From contig NC_043018.1 in NCBI RefSeq assembly GCF_006345805.1, positions 9,734,001 to 9,798,000 of the forward strand: a DNA stretch of 64,000 bases, in the 5' to 3' direction. The position numbers and the translations under genes were made by a program. The notes below the pieces were generated by a model, which ran no database searches, was not told where the DNA came from, and saw nothing but the letters and a program-made list of their open reading frames with translations. This DNA comes from Octopus sinensis. Its lineage: Eukaryota. Numbering within the stretch: position 1 is the stretch's first letter; each line of letters begins with the position of its first letter. This document shows, piece by piece, positions 25,900 through 37,500 of the stretch.

Positions 25900-28178
25900 C
25901 TCCCGTTTTCTCTTCTCTCTCTCTCTCCATCTTCTTCTCTTTTGTTCTATCGTAGAAACAAAAGTCTGTCGGGATATTAATCAACAAGGCCTGCATCTAC
26001 ATAGATTCTCTTGGGTAGAAATCTGATACCCAAACCTCCCACTGCAAAAAAACAAAACTCCTGCCCCATCAGCCGGCAATTTTCTTTTCTCCCCCACATT
26101 CTTCTTTTTCTTCATTCTTCTATTGTCTTCACAGAGGTGAGTTCTGTAATGTCTACGCCCTGCAGTCTCTCTCTTCTCTCTCTCTCTCTCTTGACTTCCA
26201 AGTTCATAGTTTATCAAATGCCGTTCCTAAATAAACGTAGCGACTCGGTTATTTTAGACTTTAGTGTAATCTATCGTTTCAAATGATGTTCTTATTAAAT
26301 GTTATTTTGATAAGCAAACATGTCTATATTAACCTTTTAGTTTTATCGATTTAGCTAAATATTAATTTCGGGAATTGACAGATGAGGAAAAGTAAATGAA
26401 CTTTAATTCTTGTAACAAATAAATAAATTAATAGATGATATATATATATGAATAAATAAATAAAGGTCCCTAAATTAGGGATTTACTTAAGGAATGTGTG
26501 TTTGTACGTTTCTTTAATGTCTTGCGTGTGAATACCTTTCTCTGTGTGTGTGTATCTGTGTGCTTGAGTCCGTGTGTGTGTCTGAGAGGGAGTACCTGTG
26601 AGTGAGTATCTATTTGTGTGTGTGTGTGTGCGCGTACGAGTCCGTGTATATGCATGTATCTGTTTATGTGTATGCACATCTAATGTCTGTGGCTTCTGTG
26701 TGAATACACGTGTATAAGTACATGTGTGTGTGTATGCACACACACACACATAACACATTGTACACAGCTGTCTATATTAATTTTATCTATCATCTATCTA
26801 TCTATATATATAATATATTATAATATATATATATAATATATGTATATAATATATATATATACATATATTATATGATATATTGTATATAATATATATAATA
26901 TATATATTATATACATATATTATATAATATATTATATATAATTATGTATATAATATATATATATATTATATGATATATTATATATAATATATATATATAT
27001 AATATAATATATATATATTATATATAATATATATATATATATAATATATATAATATATTATATATAATATATATATAATATATGTATATAATATATATTA
27101 TATATAATATATATATTATATAATATATGTATATAATATATATATATATATATTATATATAATATATAGTGAGAATTTACAAAAAGACAAAAGAAGACGG
27201 GTGTGTAAACAACAGATATATTAGTTTAACGCTCGGGAAGTGAGAAAGTCTTTTACGTTTCGAGCCTTCGCTCTTCGACAGAAAGGAACACAGAAATAAA
27301 CAGGGAGAGAAAATCGAAAAGGGTTTAGTGGCTAGCGTACACACACACACATATATATAATACATACATACATATATATATAGTCAATGTATCATATATC
27401 CGAAAAAGAACCACACTTAAAAGCATAGAGCAGTACTGGATTTGTAAGTGAAGTCTATGTCCAGTCATGGAGTGACCTGTGGTTTCGCGCCCACAAAGGG
27501 CTTGGCCCCATTTACCGCTCGTCAGACTCTAAAGCCGAAGAGATGAAGAGTTACATTTTCTTCGGCTTTAGAGTCTGACGAGACGTCCACGGGCCTAAGC
27601 CCTTTGTGGATGCGAAACCATTGGTTACTCTATAACCGGACATACATCTTAACTACATAGAAATGAATACATACACACATATATGTTTGCATTTGTGTGT
27701 GTGTGTGTGTGTATATACATATGTGTGTGTGTATGCACACACATATATCTTTAGAAAGTTGTTTGTCATAGCCGGGCAGAGAGCGACCATTGGTTACTCC
27801 TCTTTAAAGAGCTTAGCTGTGCAGGCGACTCGTCCGGTTCAAATGGCTGGAGGCCGGTGTGAAACTATTGATCACTCTTTCACCGGCCATAGCAACTACT
27901 CTAATGTTTTAGAGCAGGCGCGCGGTCCCAGGAATTTTTCGAGGGGAGGGCACAAGGTCAGAAGGGAATACAATTTCAAGAGAAAAGGGCGTCATAACAT
28001 TATTTAGAAAGGTGCGCTTCTTTTCGGGGGGGGGGGGAGCACGTGCCCCTCAGCTGCCCTACCCCAGGGTCTGCCTCTGTAGAGTGTGCTTCTTTTTCGG
28101 ATACATGAATTACTGACCGATGTATGTATATATATATTATATATATATATACATATATATATATGTGTGTGTGTGTGA

Positions 28179-28213
<35 letters not shown>

Positions 28214-28715
28214 TGTGTGTATGTGTGTACTTCTGGGCTCTGTTTCTGTGTCTGCATCTGTATGTGTAATATATCTGTAAGTACCTGTTTGTCTCTGTAA
28301 ACGCCTGTCTCTGCCTCTGTGTGTGTGTGTGTGAGTAATCACACCAAATAACATTCAGGTAATAATGCATCACAGGTGCAAACTAATTTGCCTCTGATTG
28401 TTGTTGTTGCTGTTGTTACAGCTCTTCCCTGACTTATGAAGTCCCTCCTTAACACAACCGATTCACTTCACAACGTTGACTAGTGTTGTTGTTGTTGTTA
28501 TTATTATTATTATTATTATTAGATTATCACTAAATAAACATTTTAGATTAATCTTCCGAAGTTTCTAGATGATAATATCTCTGTGTATGTCTGTCTGTCT
28601 GTCTCTCTCTCTATATATATACACATACATACACACATCTGTGTGTGTGTGAACATACGTATATATATATATATATATATATATATGCATATACACGTTT
28701 ATCTATACATATCTG

Positions 28716-28769
<54 letters not shown>

Positions 28770-31700
28770 TATGCATATGTCTATATGGATCTATAAAGCA
28801 TGCATACAGACATCTGTATATTTGTATACATAAATTTCTATTTATACATACCTATGCGTATGTATGTATGTAAGCAGCAGCAGCTGTAGTATGTTTCATT
28901 CCACAAAGTCTTGCATGAAAGTTGAATCAGTTTTTGTTGTTGTTTGTTGTTTGTTTTTGTTTTGTTTCTTATTGTGTGTTGAGTGCGTAATTGACGATGA
29001 ATGGGCCAACGTTGTTACGTGTACTGGCAGAAAGTACACCACCACCTTCGTTTTTAACATCATTAACAAGAACATCAGCAACGCAACCACCACCACCACC
29101 ACCGCCGCCTTCTACATCATTATCAACTCTAACAACAGAAACATAATCATCATCGTCAAGAACAGCAACACGCACATACACCACCACCACCACTAGCAGC
29201 TTCACCATCATTAACATCATCATCATCATCACGGTCTCATCATTATCAACACGAACAATCAACAATAATTATTATTACCAGCACCACCGGTACAATTTCA
29301 TCATCATCATCATCATCATCGCTAACAACAAGTATAACGCAGTTATCATCATCATCATCGTCATCGTCGTCACCATCACAATAACAGCTGTTATGATGAA
29401 TATTAAACCAGCTCACCTCTACTAACGTCTATTACGCGAATTGTAGAGCAACCTCTGTCTGTCTGCCTTTCTAATTCTTTCTCTTCTCGCCCCGGGACAC
29501 AACTGTATACTGCAGGAAGGGTTACAGGTACAAAAGCAGTAGTAACACACCTGGTTATGTTTATAAGCGATTAAAAAACCAACCAGCCGGCCGACCGACC
29601 GACCGACCGAGCAACTAGCCGGCCAACCCGCCAGCCAGCCAGACAGACATGGTTGCCCTCCTAACAACGAACACGCAAAACGAAATGCAATCCCCGATTG
29701 TTGTACAAAATTCAGGTTGACTTGCTATGCTGAAAGTCAATATTAATTATTTTCAGACTATTCACCAAGATCTTGAGAGAGAACAGCCAGTTGTGAAGTC
29801 GACCCTCGCCGAGGCCGAGGAAATACTAGAAGCCAGGGAGATCTCGAAGAAGGCCGAGAAGGATCAGCAATACCAAAAACTGCGTTACAATACATCGGAT
29901 TTAAAGTTCCGCTTCGGAGCCGTAAGTAAATCCATTGTTTTTTTTTGTTTTGTTTTGTATAGTTAATGAATTTTTTTTAATCGATTTTTTTTTATTCGTT
30001 CAAAATTGTTCTTTTTTCTATTGAAGCTGTTTAAAAAAAAATTACGAGGGTAATCTTTCAGTTTATGATTACAAAAATGAAAGTGAAGGGAATTATTGTA
30101 AATAATCGGGATTTTAAACTTTGAAAAAAAAAAAAAAAAAATTGTTTTTACTCGGAATTGTAATTTTGCTTTTAAAAGTAGATTTCCATAAGAATTTTTG
30201 GGGGGTGGGTGGGGGAGTAAAAATAAATGAATAATAAAAAATAAAAAGTTAAAAGCAAACAGTTTGGGGTGAAGTGTGGGTGTGGGTTGGGTAATTTAGA
30301 ATTTGAAAAACTCTTTTTGTTATTGTTGAATTAAATTAAATTAATTTATTTACAAAATCTATAATCTCTGTTTTTGAAAACAGGAATCCAAGAAATTTTT
30401 GTTTATGAAATAACAAAATGTTTTCTTTTATTTCGAAGTGGGTTGGTGCCAATTTAATACATCTGTTTGCATATCGTCATCAAATAGTCTCACTGCCATT
30501 TTCGTGATCATAAAACGAAAGAATACCAAATCTGATAAAACTAACGATGTTCTTTGTTGACAAAATTCTACAAAAACTTGCCATAGTAGAATCTCTTTTT
30601 CTTCTTCATGACAATTTATTCCAAAGGCCAAACTTTTCTTCTTCATTTTGTTTCCTTATATTTTGATTCATACCAAAACATTGGAAGACGAGTTCACAAT
30701 TTCAAAAAGATGTTAAACTCAACTAACATGTCTTGGATTATTATTCTTATAAAGAAGTTGTCTTGTAGCATTAAAGATGATTGTCAGTCGGTTCCTCTCT
30801 GGTCGGATCCATTGCGTGTATGGCCCCCCTCCTAGTTTTACAATTCTTCGTCCCATGAGGAACTGGTTTTTTTCTTGTAGAGGACAAGATGGCTGAGTAA
30901 GGTGTTGGTTTACCATCTCGTAGGTCTTGGTTCCGTTGTCTTTGGGCAGAACGTTATATTCTACATCCGTTAACCCAACTGCTCACCTCTAGCTGTGGTC
31001 TGTCTGTATCTGCCCCTCCCACTAACTGCGGTCTGCTTGTACGGTCCCCTCCCTCCAGCTGTGAGCTTTGGCGTGTGTCAGTATAGTTCCTCCCTCCAGA
31101 CGTGGTCTATCGATAGCCACTCCTTCCTCGAGCTATGGCCTAATGTTCAGGCCCTGCCCTCTAGCTGTGGCCTGTCTCTACTAGTTAGTCCTTCTGTCTG
31201 TACAAGCTTCTTCTTTCAGCTTTTATGTCTGTATAGCCCCTCCTTCAATTGTGGTCTATCGATAGCCGCTCCTTCCTCCAGTGGTCTATGTGTTCAAGTC
31301 CTTCCCTCAAGCTCCGGTCTGCCTGTCAATACTACGCACTCCCTCTAGCTGTGATCTGTCTCTATCAGTTACTCCCTCTGTCGGTACCAGCTTTTGTGCG
31401 TGTGTATAGCCCCTGCGTTCAGATGTGGTCTATCGATAGCAGCCCTTTCCTCTAGTTGTGGCCTCTTTATTCAAGCCCTTCTCTTCAGCTGTGGTCTATC
31501 TATACCAGCCCCGCCCTCCAGCTGTGGCTCTTCTGTCAATGCCACCAACTCCCGTTAGCCCCTCCCTCCAGCTGTTGTCTTCCAGTCTCTACCAGCCCTC
31601 TTCCTATGGCTGTGATGTTTGTATCTGTTCCTCCTTCCAGCTTTTGTATGTCTCTACAGCCCCTCCCTTCAGATGTGGTCTATATGACGCACTCCCGCCA

Positions 31701-32350
31701 GCTGTGGTCTATCTATATTAGGCACTGTCCCCAATTGTGGTCTGTTTTTATCACACCTCTTCTAGCTGTGATCAGTCTAGTTTAGCTCCACCCACTCCCG
31801 TGGTCTTTCTATACCATCCCCCGCTCCATCTGTGGTCTATCTTTTTTAGCCCTACCCCTTCGGTGGTCTATCTCTATCAACCCATACGTCAATAAATTAT
31901 AAAGCAATTTTTGTTCTCAGGTTTAAGTGAGAATCAACTTGAAGTGGATATTTTAACTGTTTTCTTTTTCTTCCAACAGAAATTTAATTAATTTGTCTGT
32001 TAATTATCTCCGCTTTCGTTACATCTCGTCTTTCGTTGTTAACTGATGTTTTGAGCTGTCTTTTTGAAATCAGTTTCTGATTTATTGTGCGAAAGCGGAG
32101 TTGTACTCGTCTAGCATTTGACTTGTTCCGAGTCGGTCTCTCTTTACTCTTTTACTTGTTTCAGTCATTTGACTGCGGCCATGCTGGAGCACCGCCTTTA
32201 ATCGAGCAACTCGACCTCGGGATTTATTCTTTTTGTAAGCCCAGTACTTATTCTATCGGTCTCTTTTGCCGAACCGCTAAGTAACGGTGACATAAACACA
32301 CCAGCATCGGTTGCCAAGCAATGCTAGGGAGACAAACACAGACACACAAA

Positions 32351-32385
<35 letters not shown>

Positions 32386-34468
32386 GACGGGCTTCTTTCA
32401 GTTTCCGTCTACCAAATCCACTCACAAGGCTTTGGTCGGCCCGAGGCTATAGTAGAAGACACTTGCCCAAGGTGCCACGCAGTGGGACTGAACCAGGAAC
32501 CATATGGTTGATAAACAAGCTACTTACCACACAGCCACTCCTGTCTCTGTGCTAAAACTAAAGCAGTTACACCACAGAGGACCCATTTAATAACACAAAC
32601 CGTTGAATTTATTTCATGGGTTAAATTTTCGTGGCACCCCTGCGGCCTGGTCACCGGCCCCGTTTCTACTGCGTTCTGCCGTGTTAGCAGTGAAGCTATA
32701 CCGTTGTCAGTCAATATTTCTGAAAAGGTGCTCTGAGTAAAATAAGAATGTTTTAATTGTTAAAAATGAAAATTACAATGGAACAAATCATTTATATATA
32801 CTTACATCATAAGAATTTAGAAACTTCGAGAGAACATGAAATAATTCGTTTTTTTTTTAACAGTGGAACTTGAAGCAGATAAGACTATGAATAATAGCGT
32901 GTAATTATTAGGTTTTTAAAAAATCTTTTTTCGATAAGAAACGTAATATACCGTGGGACTCGTACCCGTATTGTTTGTAAACAAGATGGGAGTTCTAACA
33001 TTAGATCAAAGCAATCATTCAAAGTTTTTCATCCAGTTTAGAAGCTTTTCTCTTACCACGGAGGATTGCATGTTGATGAGGTCATAAAAATGTAGGAACA
33101 TCGAGAGATGTGGAATAATTCGTTTTTAAAAGTGGAACTCGAAGCAGATAAAGCTATTGATAAAAAAGCGTGTAAATTTCGGGTTAAAAAGCCTTTTGGA
33201 TAGGAAAAAAATTGAAGGCTCTTTAGCCCAATATTTACGCACAATTAACTTAATAATTAAAATAAATGTGCCCTTTTAAAGCCTAGCCAGGCTCATGGAC
33301 CCGGTTTCCCGGTTTCAATGGCATATGTATTCATCGCAGCGTTACTCATTTTTGCCAGCTGAGTGGACTGGAGCAACGTGAAAATGAAGTGTCTTGCTCA
33401 AGAACACAACGCGTTGCCCGGTCCAGGAATCGAAACCACAATTTTTCGATCATGATGCTGACGCCCTATCCACTAAGCCATGCGCCTCCACAAATTAACT
33501 TATTAACATAGACATATTTATTTCCAAAGATATTCTAACCATTTGGGGGAAAGGAGAAAACACAGACAAACCACACCGGCAAGTTTTTATATGTTCAATT
33601 GGAATAGCCCTTACGAAATACAATAAAATGAGGCCCGAAACTTTATTCTTGGTTTAACAGGGGTCACGTCCCTAACCCAAATTTGGTTAACGACGATGCC
33701 ATTTTATTCTACGTTATATATTAATCTAAGAATCCATAAGTGAGGAAAAATAATATGCACTCGTATATTTGTCAATATAGTGGGTTGCTATCTCTGAAGA
33801 GTACGTGGTGTTACTTGACCGTGCTGTTAATATCCGGTTATGTAACAACCAGTGTGAAATGCATTGGTCGATTAGCCGAAATTAATCTATAATACTCTGT
33901 ATACTTTGATTAGCAAGCTTATGTATATTAGCAACAGCTTAACTCAAATTTCATATGACTTGAAGTTGCGTGGACGCGAAAGACGAACCCTTCTCATCAA
34001 ACATAAGGAGACCACACACACGAACACGGCCGACGCTAAGAAGTTCGTGGCCCCTTTAGAGAATTGTCAGTGGAGATCTCTTCTCTACAAAATCTGAAGT
34101 TTGATGCTTCGTTTATTTCGTCGGTCCCAACCAAAAGGCGTTGAGGGCTTTAGGCTGCACTATTTTTCACAATGATATACTGAAATTCATCATAACGTTC
34201 TCCGCTCGAGCGTGTGCACGAGGCCCTCTCCTGACGCGGGGCCCAATTTAAAAAAAAAATCTGTTTAATTGGCTTAAAACCGGCCCTGGACACACATACA
34301 CACACAAAGATAAAAATAAGTTTCATAATATTAAACAGCTGAGGCCCCTCAACAAAGTGATTATAAAACGATTAAATATTTTAATTGGTGATACGAGCCT
34401 TTACTGAATTTTCTTCTTCTTAATTGTATGTTAAACAGAACATCGTTACTAATTGGCCAGCTGCTCTG

Positions 34469-34503
<35 letters not shown>

Positions 34504-37500
34504 TGCATCTGCCAATTTCTAAGAGATAATAAAGTCACAATTACTTTTTTTTTATATTAATCCTTCCGCCTAAATTAGGAATCCCAGCTCTGCCTGTCAG
34601 AGTGTTAATTGTAAGTGTAGTCTTTAACAGTCGCTCATAACTCCCGGCTGTGATTAAGGCAAATTAATGCCCTAATTACTGCCTAACAACAGTGTTATTC
34701 CCTCAATCTTCTTTATTGTCTGATAAAATATTAAGATCTAATAGGTGCTGAATGTGAAAAAAAAAAAAGGATTAAAAATTCGGTTTGGTTCCAGATAGAA
34801 ACCCTCAACCGCACTGAATATAAATCTTTCTTTGAAAATTTATATTTATTTAATTAACACTAATTTGCAATTGATGAATATAAGTGACGTATGCACCTAT
34901 CTTAGTATCGTTGTTTCATAATTATTGTAATTGGCACTCCGTCGGTTACGACGATGAGGTTTCTAGTTGATCCAGTCAACGGAACAGCCTGCTGCTCGCA
35001 TATTAAACCCTTCGCTTGTCCTCTGTATCGATCACATTTGATGCACAGGACATACGTCCTTGGCATCCGTGCATCATATTTGATATTCCAGTTTTGCTTC
35101 CAACCACCAGAGTAACTTGGGCCTTACCGAAAGGAAGGAAAAGCTTTATATTACTCAGAAAACAGGGGACGTTTAGGGCAGTCTTATGAATATGCTTTGG
35201 CGGGCAAAGAGTTAATCTATACTCTTTTACTCGTTTCAGTCATTTGACTGTGGCCATGCTGGAGCACCGCCTTTAGTTGAGCAAACCGACCCCAGGACTT
35301 ATTCTTTGTAATCCCTAGTACTTAATCTATCTGTCTTTTTTGCCGAACTGCTAAGTTACGAGGACGTAAACACACCAGCATCGGTTGTCAAGCGATGTTG
35401 GGGAGGACAGACACAGACACACACATACATATATGTACATATATACGACGGGCTTCTTTCAGTTTCCGTCTACTAAATCCACTCACAAGGCTTTGGTCGG
35501 CCCGATACTATAGTAAACACTGTTTACACAATTATTTTAGAAAGTTTCTGTCTAATTTCAGACGAATGTCTTTTAGTTAAGACACAAAAATAAATTGTCT
35601 GTCAGGAATACAATTATTGAATAATTGAATTCTGCAAAATTCACACGAAAATTAGCAATTTCATAAACGCAGACCAATGCTTCTGTTAGTTTTGTTAATA
35701 ACCCATACAACCTTCCAAAAAATTCCTTAGTAGTATGTCCAAACACATACTACCTTATTTGGAGTGGTTTTACAGTGAAAGGTGGAATTAATTTTTACTC
35801 GTCCTTAAATTCTGATTGGCGAACTTTCGGGACAGCTTATCGTTGCTACCTCATTGAGCGGGAAAAGGGCAAGAAATTGGATAGTTGTTTTCTGGTGAAT
35901 TTTTACTATCACAACCGTCTCATGAGTCGGTTGTAAAGTTGTTTTTTTTTTAAATTTGAAAGATGTAGCTTGGAAGATCTAGGATTCGTATATTTGTAAG
36001 CACACCAACACAAATGTCCCTCCTCCCCCCGACTTTATTTCCTCATAACTTTCAAAAAAATGGATATTGGGATCTTTTCGGTTTGAACGGCAGTTTTTTC
36101 TAGCGGTGTCATATGAAATTGTCACCCATAATTATGACCCTAGTATCGATCTATTGCATTTCAATCTGTTTTAGGGTTAGGGTTAGAGTTAGGGTTCAGG
36201 GTGGGGGAAGGGTATCTTTTTTCTTCACAAATGTAAATAAACCCAATCTGTTTCTTAAACGAGGGACATATTCATACGGCACAGAATGTGTTCACCTCAA
36301 TAGAGGTCATTGATTGGTTGAAATTGCAGAAATTGAAGAAAAAAACAACAAATATCTTACAAACTATAGAATATTCTCAATAAAGCCAAGAGAAAAAGAT
36401 GTTGGATCTTTTCAATATCGTGGCCAGGACCCCAGATCTTTCTAGTTAACTAAATAATTTGAAACTTCGTGTACTCATAGAGTGGAACTAGTTTATTCGC
36501 CAGTTGGAACTAGTTTATTTGAGAAAAATCTATTTTATGACTTTAATCGTAGATTAAAACTGCGAATTTTAACCAATGAGATTGCTTGTTTTCATATGTA
36601 AAACGTTACTGCGATCTGTTAGTGTGACGTTGAAAGCAGTTTTGACGTAGTCTGCTCTCTCTTTGTAAGTCTGTCTGCCTCCCCCTCTCTTACTATATTA
36701 CATTTATCTTGCTTGAACTCATTGAAATAAAACGTCCTCCTTTTTTTCTGTCTGTCTGTCCTTTTTTCTCTCTCTCTATCTATCTATCTATCTATCTGTA
36801 TATATGTATGTTCATATATGTATGTAAATATTTATGAAATAAATAAACACACATTCGTGCGGATGTATTAAATATCTAAAATGTGTGAGCCTTATATGTG
36901 TGTGTGTGTGCGTGCGTGTAATGTATGTATAATTATATATATGCGTGTGTGAGCGTGTGTGTGTGATGAAAGGCAAAATCGACCTCGGCGGAGATGCCAC
37001 TTCTTAATAGCAAACGAAAGCGCTTTGTTTACATTTAAGATGTTTAATACGTCACGAAATTGGTGGTCGAGACGGAGTAAATAAAATAAAGCCGAATGAC
37101 GGAATATCATTGGTTAAAATTCTAATTATTAAACAACGTTAAACTTAGAAGTTACAATTCCGTTTTCATTCTGGTTTACAATTAAGTTTACTTTTGACAC
37201 ATTCTACCAGTATACGAAGTTTCAAATTGTTTGGTTCAGTAGGAAAAATTTGAAAAAACTGGCTTCAGAATAGAAAAGATCCAAGATGTTTTATAAACAC
37301 ATTCTACCAGTATACGAAGTTTAAAAGTGTTTGGTTACGTGGAAATTATTTAAAAAACTGCCGGTCAAACCGAAAAGATCCGGATATTGTTAAATGAAAT
37401 TTCTATAAATATCTTACAGAGGGTGTAGGTCAGATACATGCGATGTGTTTCAGTATGAATGTATGTGCACCCGCCAATTTTTATTTCCCGTATTAAATTC

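Noticed and set aside
36170-36200. Interstitial telomere (also 668-687)
   Set aside because: Only 3-4 degenerate units. The 36170 tract is internal to a TIR element.
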